From a virus (Duplodnaviria; Caudoviricetes), in IMG/VR virus record IMGVR_UViG_3300020045_009111, positions 1 to 40,527 of that record: a stretch of 40,527 nucleotides of DNA; one strand, 5' to 3'. This document shows positions 24,636 to 33,784 of the stretch, in pieces; position 1 is the stretch's first letter; each line of letters begins with the position of its first letter. The position numbers and the translations under genes were made by a program. The notes under the pieces are model-generated. The model was given only the letters and a program-made list of their open reading frames with translations, made no database searches and had not been told where the DNA came from.

Positions 24636-26096
24636 TTAAAATAAAAATCCTTGTTTTTCTCCATCAGCAGGAGTAGTGTGTATGTCTTCGGCCTTTGCTT
24701 CATACACTATTTTAGCGTAATACCCTCTAACCTGTTGTTTGTTTATGTACTTTTTTCCAGATACAAACCCTAATTGTGTCATGGCTTTACCTATAAAACG
24801 GCTATCCAAAGGTTTGCCCACATACTTACTACTTATGACAGTAACTATATCTGGCACCATGTAGAAATTGCCGTCGCCCTCATTACAGATTTCAAAGCAC
24901 TGTTTTATAAGGTCTTTCTCAATACTGGTAACCTCAAACGCCTTATTTATGCTTTCCCGCTGTTGGCGCTCTTCTGTAGTAAGCTGACTATTATAATCAG
25001 CGTCATTCCAAAGCGCATAAGCCTGCGCCCAAACCTTATGAATATCTACATTTTTACTGTAGCCCCAATCAATACCGTTAACTTTTATGCATAACCAACG
25101 GGTGTTAAGGTCGTCGGTAAGAAATCCGTCTTCTTTATTCGAACTACCAAAAAAATTACAGCGGCGCGGCATTTCAACGTCATCAATAGCATGCGGTTTT
25201 CTCTCTTTGATAGTGGTCATTGATATAATACCTTTAAGATGATTTATACCAATGTTTGTAAGGCTGGCCAACTCTTCCATGTTGTAAATGAAATTTTCGC
25301 TAAACCTGAAGTAGGTATCTTTATTATCGCGTATTGGTGTTTCACAGTAGTATCTATCTCCGAATGGATTTAAGAAGCGTATAAAGCTACTTTTACCTAC
25401 CTCCTGAGCCTGGCTCACAAAAACATAAACAAAACGATTTTCTTTACCATAAAGCGTACAACCAACAGAACGGACCAGCATTTTTCTAAACTGCGTAACG
25501 TGGAATTGCTGATCTTCTGCCTGTATATAGTTCGCCAGCTGTCCGATGTAGTCCGTTTCATAATCCCACGGCTCCAGGTTTTCAAAATAATCATTGAACG
25601 GATTGTAAGACGGCATAAAATCCGATCTAAGGAGCGATTTGAGTTTGTCTATAGGGTACTTGAAATTTACATGCTGCAATTCCCTGTAGAGTGTGTCTGT
25701 GTTTATGGGGCCGTAATTATCTGTACCCTTTGCCCGGCACTCACTGCGCTGCGTAACTTCGTTTTTAGCAAAGTCATAACGCTTTTTCAAAAACACTTCT
25801 ACCTTGGCAATCTCCGGTTTGCTATCTATATTAAACTCTTCTGAATTCCGGGAATATATACGCTCAAAGCAGGCACGGACCTTATCAAGGTTTAAGAATA
25901 CGCGCTCACAAAGATTTTTTAACATTGAATCTTCTATGGGCATCCCGGCCCTGTTCTGTGCGTGGGCGAACGAATATACCTCACGCCAGGCCGCTTTCTC
26001 GCGCTCATTTTCTGCCGCCCTTTCTTCGGGAGTTTCATCGTACGGGGCGTATTCGTTTTTTCTCAGGTGTATGGGTTTTAGGAAATTTTCTAACAT
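24636..26096 (-). CDS. VapE/VirE-family replicative helicase
   Basis: SDF...YNPF.DYF..L.PWD, Walker A variant QEVGKS, Walker B NMEEL, FFGSSN and FLTD...TRWLCI motifs. Confidence 0.9.
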   Translation of the reverse strand: MLENFLKPIHLRKNEYAPYDETPEERAAENEREKAAWREVYSFAHAQNRAGMPIEDSMLKNLCERVFLNLDKVRACFERIYSRNSEEFNIDSKPEIAKVEVFLKKRYDFAKNEVTQRSECRAKGTDNYGPINTDTLYRELQHVNFKYPIDKLKSLLRSDFMPSYNPFNDYFENLEPWDYETDYIGQLANYIQAEDQQFHVTQFRKMLVRSVGCTLYGKENRFVYVFVSQAQEVGKSSFIRFLNPFGDRYYCETPIRDNKDTYFRFSENFIYNMEELASLTNIGINHLKGIISMTTIKERKPHAIDDVEMPRRCNFFGSSNKEDGFLTDDLNTRWLCIKVNGIDWGYSKNVDIHKVWAQAYALWNDADYNSQLTTEERQQRESINKAFEVTSIEKDLIKQCFEICNEGDGNFYMVPDIVTVISSKYVGKPLDSRFIGKAMTQLGFVSGKKYINKQQVRGYYAKIVYEAKAEDIHTTPADGEKQGFLF

Positions 26097-26126
26097 ACAC
26101 CATTTATTTTATAGTTTGGCATAGGA

Positions 26127-27035
26127 CTAAAATTGTTTTTTATCGTTTAAAAATAGTTGCGCCTGCATGCCTTTTTCAATAGCAGTCAGCGCTGTTTTTT
26201 GGTACCCTGCCACACCTTTACGCAAATACCCGTTATTAGCTATCAAATTATTGATAAAGGTTACTGCATCGGATTTGTCAATATACCCGGTCGCCACGTA
26301 ACCGCCTAACGTGATTGCGGCAGCCCTTAGCTGCGGGTGCCCGTTTTCTGTGATCTTATCTATAGCCGATTGAATAATGCGCTGTACCGCCTCTTTGTCG
26401 TCTCCTGTAGCCTCTATTACTACCGGCGCATAACCAGAAGGCAGAAAGGCATTTATTTTTTTTCCTTTACGCGTCCAGGTATCTGCATAATCTCTGTGTA
26501 GTAGATCTGGGTCATAAGACAGGAATAAGGGCAGTACGCAATTTTGCCCAGTACCATCCCAGCCATTGTACTGCTCGAACTCTAAACCAAGGCCAAAGTA
26601 GTATTCTTTAAATTCTTCAACCGACTTAACAACAGGTATCTTGACCAAAAATTTAACACCTTTTTTAGAAGGCGACAGGAAGGCCGAAAGTACGAATTTA
26701 TACGTATCGAAAACAAATTTTTTAAAATCTTCTGCATTATCGATGTGGTCGAAGTCCAAAACAGCCAGCCCGTTAAACCCGGTAATGTTCTCGTAACCCC
26801 TGCCTTTACCGTCAGTTTTTACGCACGGGGTAAAGTAAAACAGGTTATTTTGCTTCAATTCTGCCTTTAATTTTTTATCGCCTGAAGCCTCTGCTTCTGC
26901 AATCTGCCTGAATACATCAATAATTTTTCGGCCCGGGTTTTTGTTAGCTTTTAAAAATTCTTGCAAACTAACAGTACCTAACGGACGCTTACTGTTTACG
27001 TGCGCCGGGTAGTAGGGAAATTCAATGGTTGCCAT
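26127..27035 (-). CDS. VirE_N (BT4734-like) primase-type protein
   Basis: ELKQ..L..FTP, GLAVLDFDHI, AFLSPSKKGVK and FLSYDP motifs. Confidence 0.85.
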   Translation of the reverse strand: MATIEFPYYPAHVNSKRPLGTVSLQEFLKANKNPGRKIIDVFRQIAEAEASGDKKLKAELKQNNLFYFTPCVKTDGKGRGYENITGFNGLAVLDFDHIDNAEDFKKFVFDTYKFVLSAFLSPSKKGVKFLVKIPVVKSVEEFKEYYFGLGLEFEQYNGWDGTGQNCVLPLFLSYDPDLLHRDYADTWTRKGKKINAFLPSGYAPVVIEATGDDKEAVQRIIQSAIDKITENGHPQLRAAAITLGGYVATGYIDKSDAVTFINNLIANNGYLRKGVAGYQKTALTAIEKGMQAQLFLNDKKQF

Positions 27036-27216
27036 GATTTAAATATTTCTCTTTAGTGCCTTTTGGCTGCCACACGCCCACGTCATTTTCATCTATGTTT
27101 AGTAGTATAAGCGCTTCTTTTACGGACACACCACGGTAAGCTATATTTTTACCTCTGCACGACTGCACAATAAATTTATCGCCAGTCTTTATAATAGTGC
27201 TGGTTACATTAACCAT
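27022..27216 (-). CDS. Hypothetical protein
   Basis: 64 aa with overlapping coupling inside the replication operon. Confidence 0.6.
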   Translation of the reverse strand: MVNVTSTIIKTGDKFIVQSCRGKNIAYRGVSVKEALILLNIDENDVGVWQPKGTKEKYLNHGNH

Positions 27217-27373
27217 TACTTAAAGGTTTTAAAAACACCGGGTCATTAATATCTATTTCCGATATCCTGGCTGCCGGGGTTAGCATTTTTGTTAATCTTT
27301 CGACCTCTCTTTCAAGAGCTTCTACCCTTAACATCAAGAATTCTTCATTTGCTGTAGGCTGTATTAGTCCCAT
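27209..27373 (-). CDS. Small coiled-coil protein
   Basis: Probable start MGLIQP at 27373; LRVEALEREVERL heptads. Confidence 0.6.
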   Translation of the reverse strand: MGLIQPTANEEFLMLRVEALEREVERLTKMLTPAARISEIDINDPVFLKPLSNG

Positions 27374-27383
27374 ACTTTTTGAT

Positions 27384-27779
27384 TTAAAAAGGGCAATAAT
27401 CAGGATCATGTTTATCTAATTCATGATATTTTTTAATATTGTCCCTTAACGTTAATAATTGCATATTTGTTTTAGTGTAGCCCTGCTTATTGTCGGGCCT
27501 GTCAATTGTAGCATTTTTCCCGCGGCGGCCCTTTACGATACAGTAACCTGTAGCTTCGCAAAATTCTCTAAACTCCTTCAAGGTAACATCAAAAAATTTG
27601 CCTCTCTGCTTTGCTTTTTGCTTCCATTGGTTGTATCGCACACCTACAGGGTCAATCTCACGGCGTTTTCTTGCGTAATGTTTAGGGCATAGCCCACCCA
27701 GCTTAACAACAGGCTTATTGCCGCATCCAAAGGCGCAGCAATGTATTTTTGCCTGTTTTTTGATTTCGCTAATGTACAT
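27384..27779 (-). CDS. HNH-like endonuclease with an N-terminal Cys/His cluster
   Basis: CAFGC...LCPKH, then TIDRPDNKQGYTKTNMQL...N..K. Confidence 0.72.
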   Translation of the reverse strand: MYISEIKKQAKIHCCAFGCGNKPVVKLGGLCPKHYARKRREIDPVGVRYNQWKQKAKQRGKFFDVTLKEFREFCEATGYCIVKGRRGKNATIDRPDNKQGYTKTNMQLLTLRDNIKKYHELDKHDPDYCPF

Positions 27780-28068
27780 TTGAATAACCGTGAAAAGATA
27801 TAAATTCTATTTCTTCAATCCCGAACTTTGTTTTATCCGCTTTGTGCGCATACTCCCGACCGTAAGCAGCTTTCAGGCAATTGTACATGTTAAGGGGTTC
27901 TTTTTTGATCTGCTCAATGGTGCCGGAAACTACTACTTTATTGGCTTTTTCAAAAACCTTTTTAATTTTAACACCACGTTTAACAAGCTGGTAAAAAACC
28001 AAATTCACAAAAAATATAGGCTGCCCGTTGTCTTTTTGGTTGTTGATGGCGTTATTATACACATTCAT
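27769..28068 (-). CDS. Hypothetical protein
   Basis: 99 aa with overlapping coupling in the operon. Confidence 0.65.
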   Translation of the reverse strand: MNVYNNAINNQKDNGQPIFFVNLVFYQLVKRGVKIKKVFEKANKVVVSGTIEQIKKEPLNMYNCLKAAYGREYAHKADKTKFGIEEIEFISFHGYSNVH

Positions 28069-28318
28069 GATCTAACTCTTTTATGTAAGCGATAACATCC
28101 TCTGCGAATTGATGATTTAACGGACGCAAAGATTTACCTGTGCAGCTTTGAATATCTCCGAGCTTTGACTTTGGATATTCGGATAAATAATAACTATCTA
28201 TAAAGTATGGAGATATACCGGATATCGTAACTATTTCATTTTTTTGAGGCTCCAAGAAATCCTTATTTATAGCACCTCCTATGTAAACCACTTTTTGACC
28301 TACTTTAAAATTACTCAT
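28055..28318 (-). CDS. Hypothetical protein (SH3-like FKVGQKV start)
   Basis: 87 aa with a typical small phage beta-barrel N-terminus. Confidence 0.7.
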   Translation of the reverse strand: MSNFKVGQKVVYIGGAINKDFLEPQKNEIVTISGISPYFIDSYYLSEYPKSKLGDIQSCTGKSLRPLNHQFAEDVIAYIKELDHECV

Positions 28319-29102
28319 GATTTAAAGATATTAGATTATTAATACTTACCGGCTCCTCCAACCTCATTGCTTTAAAAACATTCAGCAGCGCATAAACATC
28401 TTTTTCGCAATACGCGGCAATATCATCTATACGTCCAGAATGGTAATAACCGGCGACCTGTGAGCCGTTCATATTGTCTTTAGGTGTTGGTATGCCAAAG
28501 GCAAGGCAAAGAGCCGCCAGGCCGGAGCTATTGAAGCCGCCAATTTTCCAGATTTCCTGCGTGTCAAGGTTTATCTGCTCCCACGGCTTTAAGTGCGACG
28601 TATCTAAAAGCTGAGGTAAAACGATACGGTTTATGAGCATGCGTTTAGCTATAAACGGATAATCAAAACCTTTGCCGTAATGGGCGCATAGGCGGGCCGC
28701 GTGATTTTTCTGGGTAAACTGTCTTAGGTCTTCTTTGAAAGTATTTAACAGATCGCCTTCATTTTGGTGTATATACGATTTAAGGTAAAAATTACCTTCA
28801 AACATGAAACCCACACTAATACAAACTATACGGGAAAATTCAGGGTTTAGGCTAGCTTCTCTTTTCCATAATGATGCACAATATTTTTTTAGTTCCCATT
28901 CATACATATACTCTAAATCACCATGATTTGTGTCTGTATCTAAATTTTCTGAAGTTTTGGGAGCATCCGGTTTAAACCTAAATTTTTCTACCCATTCGTG
29001 TTGCACATTTTCCGGTGCATCGTTCAGGTTTAACCAGTTTGGAGCCGTCTCTATATCAATAAATAATATAGAGCCTATTTGTATGTTAGCTATTGATTGC
29101 AT
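28311..29102 (-). CDS. Stand-alone DEDDy 3'-5' exonuclease (PolB proofreading-like)
   Basis: ExoI FIDIET, ExoII HYGKGFDYPF, ExoIII YCEKDV; probable start MQSIANI at 29102. Confidence 0.9.
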   Translation of the reverse strand: MQSIANIQIGSILFIDIETAPNWLNLNDAPENVQHEWVEKFRFKPDAPKTSENLDTDTNHGDLEYMYEWELKKYCASLWKREASLNPEFSRIVCISVGFMFEGNFYLKSYIHQNEGDLLNTFKEDLRQFTQKNHAARLCAHYGKGFDYPFIAKRMLINRIVLPQLLDTSHLKPWEQINLDTQEIWKIGGFNSSGLAALCLAFGIPTPKDNMNGSQVAGYYHSGRIDDIAAYCEKDVYALLNVFKAMRLEEPVSINNLISLNHE

Positions 29103-29329
29103 GGTGTAATAATATTTAAAACATTCATTTTTTCTAACAGCCATTTCGGCGCTGTAGCCTCAACAACCAAAGACATATCATTGTCTTTTTTAAGTTGGGT
29201 ATGTTTTAGAGGAAACCAGTGCATGTGCGACCAGCCGGAGCCGTCAGGTGACTGTTTTAAATAAAGGCCTATTCCTATACCGCTGTCGTGGTATATTTTT
29301 GCTTTGAAGGTGATTGTTTCTTCGTTCAT
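29090..29329 (-). CDS. Hypothetical protein
   Basis: 79 aa; WFPL...PKWL motif. Confidence 0.65.
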   Translation of the reverse strand: MNEETITFKAKIYHDSGIGIGLYLKQSPDGSGWSHMHWFPLKHTQLKKDNDMSLVVEATAPKWLLEKMNVLNIITPCNQ

Positions 29330-29688
29330 AATAAAAAATGTTTTTTGTAAAATTGTTTATAAATAACGCCTCTTTCAATAGCTGAAACCATTTGTTCTGA
29401 TATATCGAAAGTTCTGGCTATTTCTGCGTTCTTTAACAGACCCTGCTTTAAGTGTTTATAAATTTCAAAAAGATCATCCTCAGTTACTTTTGCAGGCGAT
29501 CTTATAGGGGTGTCTTTTTCGAAGTCGTTTTGTATATCAAATAAACAATCTAAACTCAGGGCACCTCCTTTCAAAATTAAATTATGTACTCTTAGTATTC
29601 GACCCAATTCCCTTTTCGTTATTTTGGGATGCCCGTTAGTGATTATCCTTAAACTTTCATAGGTTAATTTCAATTCCTTGCCTGTCAT
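29326..29688 (-). CDS. HTH DNA-binding protein
   Basis: C-terminal NAEIARTFDISEQMVSAIERG helix-turn-helix. Confidence 0.75.
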   Translation of the reverse strand: MTGKELKLTYESLRIITNGHPKITKRELGRILRVHNLILKGGALSLDCLFDIQNDFEKDTPIRSPAKVTEDDLFEIYKHLKQGLLKNAEIARTFDISEQMVSAIERGVIYKQFYKKHFLL

Positions 29689-29691
29689 TCT

Positions 29692-29750
29692 AAAATTGTT
29701 TAAATGTTAATGCAAATATAAAAATACTTTTTAATTTGACAAATTAATTT
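29692..29750 (-). promoter_or_regulatory. Island-type promoter on the minus strand driving the replication operon
   Basis: Reverse complement AAATTAATTTGTCAAATTAAAAAGTATTTTTATATTTGCATTAACATTTAAACAATTTTA; TTTG-N19-TATATTTG plus a leader matching units 1 and 3. Confidence 0.82.
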
Positions 29751-31384
29751 ACAATTAAATTATTATCATCCACTAAATTAAAATGCGCTAACCCTTTTTC
29801 AAACTCTTCATAAGTAAGTTCAGTAGCATAATTCTTTTTGCTGGCACTTTTAAAAACCCCCATAGTATCGCAATAGTAGTAAAAATAATCAGGAGGTAAA
29901 TTATAAATTTTCTGCGTGTTAGCGACCCAGCCAACCGGATTATTATACCCTTTAAAAACAGCGTAATCCAGAAGCTTCAAATTTCTATTCATAGATATTT
30001 GCCTGATAATCCAGCCCGCTTTATATTTTTTTGCAACGCGAACCGCTTCTAACTCCTCTATTGTCATGATGCCCCAGGCCTTGCCTATAAGTTCAAGGGG
30101 TAATAGCTGGTAATTTTCGACTTGTACAAAATCCCCTTCTAAAAATTTAGCCTCCTGCTTCGGGAAAATATAACCGCAAAACTTGCATTTAGGCGCTGAG
30201 GCATGCAGCATGGCCCCGCATCCGGCTGGCGGCCCTTCTGTATTTAATGTCTCAGGTGCTTCAGGGCATTCTTTTACCGGGGCTACCCCTTCAGTCTTTC
30301 GGGTTTTATGCGTCAAGCTCCATTCCCTTTCATGTTCCCAAAAACCTAAACGGTACAGGTTTCCGCCCATATCAAGGATGTTGAAGTGAGTTTTTTGCAG
30401 GTAGCCCGCAACGCCTTGAAATTTTTCCGGAGTTATTCGGGAACCACGGCCGCACATCTGAAGCCACAAAGGCAGAGACATGGTAACTCGGTTCACGATA
30501 ACGGTTTCAATGGTCCATTCGTCAAATCCGGTAGTCGCTATATCGACATTACACAGTACGGTAAACAGTCCTTTTTTGAATGCTGCAAATATATCATCAC
30601 GTTGCTTTTTAGGCGTGGCACCATCAACATGCATCGCAGAAATACCCGCATCATTAAATGCCCTTGCGGCCTTTATTGAGTTCTCTACATTTTGGTTGAA
30701 ACATATGGCTTTTGTACCTGGTGTTAATTTCTGGTATTTCTCGATCATACCATCATATAGGTACTTTTTATCGAACATGGCAGCGGCCTGGCTAGCTTCG
30801 TAATCCCCGCCTTTTACCTTAAGGTCGGTAACGTCTTTTTTTACACTGTATGTTATGGCAGGAACCAGAAAGCCCTGTTCTATAAGATCAGGTATGTTTA
30901 TAGCCTCAACAATGTCGTCGTATATATCTGACATCTGCGTCATTCTGCCGGTTCGGGCTGGCGTAGCGGTTGCGCCTACGCACATAACGCCTCGCTTCTT
31001 GTATTCAACAACAACCGGGTCAAATATCTGTTTATGTGCCTCATCTATAATGAGTAGATCTATTTCCGGAAACACGCGGCGTTTTAGCGTTTGTACCGTT
31101 GCTACGTAGCAATTTGATTTTACGCGCGCGGTGCGCCCGGCTGTAATTATAGAGGGGTTTAAACCGTACTCCTTAAGCTTGTCTTTAGCCTGATCCAGGA
31201 GTTCAGAACGATCTACAGCAATCATAACGGTAAATCCGTTAGTCACGCTCTCTTTCGCTATATCTGCAAACGTTACCGTTTTGCCGCTCCCGGTAGGACT
31301 GCACAGTACAACAGCTAATAGCCCTCGCATAAAGCAGGAGGCTATTAGTTTTTTTAATTGAATTTGGTAGGGGCGTAAGTTCAT
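29744..31384 (-). CDS. SF2 DEAH helicase with C-terminal Zn finger
   Basis: LRPYQ, PTGSGKT, IDEAH, TATP, TTGFD, QMCGRGSR and CPE...C...CKFC motifs. Confidence 0.93.
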   Translation of the reverse strand: MNLRPYQIQLKKLIASCFMRGLLAVVLCSPTGSGKTVTFADIAKESVTNGFTVMIAVDRSELLDQAKDKLKEYGLNPSIITAGRTARVKSNCYVATVQTLKRRVFPEIDLLIIDEAHKQIFDPVVVEYKKRGVMCVGATATPARTGRMTQMSDIYDDIVEAINIPDLIEQGFLVPAITYSVKKDVTDLKVKGGDYEASQAAAMFDKKYLYDGMIEKYQKLTPGTKAICFNQNVENSIKAARAFNDAGISAMHVDGATPKKQRDDIFAAFKKGLFTVLCNVDIATTGFDEWTIETVIVNRVTMSLPLWLQMCGRGSRITPEKFQGVAGYLQKTHFNILDMGGNLYRLGFWEHEREWSLTHKTRKTEGVAPVKECPEAPETLNTEGPPAGCGAMLHASAPKCKFCGYIFPKQEAKFLEGDFVQVENYQLLPLELIGKAWGIMTIEELEAVRVAKKYKAGWIIRQISMNRNLKLLDYAVFKGYNNPVGWVANTQKIYNLPPDYFYYYCDTMGVFKSASKKNYATELTYEEFEKGLAHFNLVDDNNLIVN

Positions 31385-31828
31385 TTATATAATTTTACCT
31401 ATTCCACGTTCAAGAAAATTCATCGTATCGAAGTGCCAAGCCATAACCAATTCGGCCTCCCAGTTATGCAAAACATTAATTTCTGGTCGATATGTAGCAA
31501 GTAGGTACGTGCCAGCATCTAAGTTCGCAACCTTATAGTTGCTAATATTCATCGCTCGCTTGTTCAGTACGTCAATCGCCACCCCTATCCCTTCTATTTC
31601 GGTTGTTAGCCTTGAAATGGGGTGTACGAGTACATGATAATCGGCGCCTATCCTGCTTGCATCAATCAATTCTGGAGTGTAGCCCTCTCGTGGCGAAACC
31701 TGTATTATGCTTAATGAATTTTTTAGTGCGCCCTGAACCAGCCAAATTCTGTTTTGGGTATCCACCAGCCTGTAGCCGTAACCATACAGCAAAGCCGATT
31801 CTGTTTTTGTTAGTGGGTTAGTCTGCAT
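31385..31828 (-). CDS. Hypothetical phage protein, similar to 32167..32571
   Basis: YGY.L, VLVHPISRLTTEI and WHFD..NFLERG motifs. Confidence 0.72.
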   Translation of the reverse strand: MQTNPLTKTESALLYGYGYRLVDTQNRIWLVQGALKNSLSIIQVSPREGYTPELIDASRIGADYHVLVHPISRLTTEIEGIGVAIDVLNKRAMNISNYKVANLDAGTYLLATYRPEINVLHNWEAELVMAWHFDTMNFLERGIGKII

Positions 31829-31830
31829 AC

Positions 31831-32136
31831 CTATATATCGTTTATTGTGAAATATTTTATCTCTTTACCCCATTCATTGCAAGGTTTACCATCTATTTCT
31901 ATCCTTTGATTACGTTCAATGCTAATTTTTTCTCCTGTATCTTCGTCAAAGAAAAATTCAATGTAAACCATGAATTTTGTTTTCCTAATGTCAGGCTGTT
32001 TTTTAGTACCAAAATTTTCATCTTTTTCCCAAAAACGTTTGGCTTTCGATATAAGTAATTTTCTTTTTAAATCTATATTTAGATTTAATAGCGATACTAT
32101 TTTTTCCTTATTACGCTTTATTTTTAACTCGCTCAT
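31831..32136 (-). CDS. Protein with an RpoB-like DEDTGExxSIERN motif
   Basis: FFDEDTGEKISIERNQRI resembles my recollection of Bacteroidota RpoB FVDEDTGEVVSIERNE. Confidence 0.72.
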   Translation of the reverse strand: MSELKIKRNKEKIVSLLNLNIDLKRKLLISKAKRFWEKDENFGTKKQPDIRKTKFMVYIEFFFDEDTGEKISIERNQRIEIDGKPCNEWGKEIKYFTINDI

Positions 32137-32166
32137 TCTCTTTATTTTTTAGCCTTTCGGCATAGG

Positions 32167-32571
32167 TTAGTTAATCTTTTTTTTCACTGCAAGGCCAGCA
32201 TCAATCAACCGGAACATGTCGATATGCGCTTCTGCCATTGCTTGTATGGCGGCGTATGATACTTCTTTAATATCGTAAGCGCCATCAGCAAAATCGTAAA
32301 TTTCTCCTTCTAACTTTGAGTTGTCTAAACCAAGCATTTTGCATTTTAAGCTATCTCGGTAATCATCTAAACTGTACAGGTGGGGTTTAAAAGTAAAGTC
32401 GTTTTCTTCGCCTAAATAGTAATCAGTATTGCTTATCTGAGCAATCTCGTATCCATCTTTAATTTGCATTGCAGTAAACGGCTCAATGCATGTACCGTCT
32501 GTGCTTGTTACTTCTACCATAAGTCCATAAGGCAGGTACGGTAAAATGTGGTGTAGGGTGAGGGTATTCAT
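32167..32571 (-). CDS. Hypothetical phage protein (YLPYGL family)
   Basis: PYLPYGL, FKPHLYSL and HIDMFRLIDAGLA motifs; probable start MNTLTL at 32571. Confidence 0.78.
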   Translation of the reverse strand: MNTLTLHHILPYLPYGLMVEVTSTDGTCIEPFTAMQIKDGYEIAQISNTDYYLGEENDFTFKPHLYSLDDYRDSLKCKMLGLDNSKLEGEIYDFADGAYDIKEVSYAAIQAMAEAHIDMFRLIDAGLAVKKKIN

Positions 32572-32609
32572 ACTTTCTCGGTGTTTTTTTTTATTTTTAA
32601 AATTGACCA

Positions 32610-32672
32610 CAAACATAAATAAAAATTTTTGACAAATAAGTTTGGATATTAAAAAAGTTATTATTTACTTTG
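32610..32672. promoter_or_regulatory. Divergent promoter between the two early/replication arms
   Basis: Minus strand TATGTTTG 32617-32610; plus strand TTTG 32641-32644 and near-consensus TTACTTTG 32665-32672. Confidence 0.68.
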
Positions 32673-32693
32673 CATCAACAAAAACGGAATAAC

Positions 32694-33122
32694 GTGGATA
32701 AACTGGAAAGAGAAAATTTAAAGATAAGGGTTTTGGATGCAAAAAAAGCCCTGCCAAAAGTCGGGCTTATGCCGGCATTAATGCTAAGGCACCCAGAATT
32801 AAAATATGAGCGCGTTTACTCTGTTCTTAATATGCAGGCTGCAGACCCTGAAATTACCGAAAAAATAGAGTTCCTCCTTGATGACTTGTTGAAGAAAAGG
32901 CCGCTTATTAAGAGCACAAAAACTGAAGTTGTCGACCTCAAAATTGAGGTTGCGGAATTAAAAACAAGGCTGCCAAAGCGCGGTATAGTGTCGCTAATGC
33001 GTTTTGTTTTTCCTGAAATAGACGAAAATAAACTGACGTACACCCTACAGCTTCGTCATGTTGATCCCGATATCAACGACAGGCTTTTAACCCTTAGTGA
33101 AATTATAAATTCAAATACTTAA
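32694..33122 (+). CDS. Protein with an internally duplicated helical domain
   Basis: Probable GTG start at 32694; LKI.V...K..LPK.G......PE........L.....DP.I occurs twice. Confidence 0.75.
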   Translation: MDKLERENLKIRVLDAKKALPKVGLMPALMLRHPELKYERVYSVLNMQAADPEITEKIEFLLDDLLKKRPLIKSTKTEVVDLKIEVAELKTRLPKRGIVSLMRFVFPEIDENKLTYTLQLRHVDPDINDRLLTLSEIINSNT

Positions 33123-33127
33123 ATAAC

Positions 33128-33775
33128 ATGAGCAATTTTTTACCTCAGGGGTATGTAGCCCCTGCATCTGGCGGATACACTAAATTAGACGCCGGGCAAA
33201 CCCAATTAAGAATACTTTCTGCACCCTTGATGACATGGCTTGCATGGGAGAATAACAGCGCGAGGCGCGTATCTTACGACCAACCACAGCCAGTTGTAGC
33301 GCCGGGACCTAACAACAGCGTGCAGCATGCCTGGACAATGATTGCGTGGAATTACAAAACTCAAAAAATTGAGATTTTCGAAATGACACAAAAAACATTA
33401 CAGTCTGCACTCGGGGCACTGGCGGGAAATCCGGCATGGGGCCACCCACAGGGTTACGATATCATCATCACAAAAACAGGCAGCGGCAAAGAAGGCACTA
33501 AATACATGCTACAGGCTAATCCGCACAGCCCGTTAAGTGATGTGATAAGTGCAGCTATCGCTGAAACCCCCATTGACCTTAATCAACTCCTAGTTAATGG
33601 CGGTAACCCATTCCTCCCAGCTTCTGCCGGCGCTAATGTAAATAACGCCCCGGCACAGCAACATCAAAAAGTTGTAACCCCTGAAAACTGGCAGCCGGGT
33701 GATAACCCGCCTGCAGGCTTTACTGTAAATGCTGACGGGATGAGCCTTGCCAAAAAAGAATTACCATTCGGATAA
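33128..33775 (+). CDS. Putative single-stranded DNA-binding protein
   Basis: FLP.GY..P...GY.KL..G...LRILS motif, YDIIITKTGSG..TKY and a PF-type C-terminus; next to an SMC-like ATPase. Confidence 0.6.
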   Translation: MSNFLPQGYVAPASGGYTKLDAGQTQLRILSAPLMTWLAWENNSARRVSYDQPQPVVAPGPNNSVQHAWTMIAWNYKTQKIEIFEMTQKTLQSALGALAGNPAWGHPQGYDIIITKTGSGKEGTKYMLQANPHSPLSDVISAAIAETPIDLNQLLVNGGNPFLPASAGANVNNAPAQQHQKVVTPENWQPGDNPPAGFTVNADGMSLAKKELPFG

Positions 33776-33784
33776 CAACAACAT

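Noticed and set aside
28311-29102. Phage DNA polymerase
   Set aside because: Only the proofreading-type exonuclease motifs are present; no polymerase domain was recognised in neighbouring ORFs.
18869-32693. ORF-track upstream starts at 18869, 24636, 32616 and 32670
   Set aside because: These extensions run through promoter boxes or low-complexity leaders; downstream starts at 18911, 24546, 32571 and 32694 fit better.
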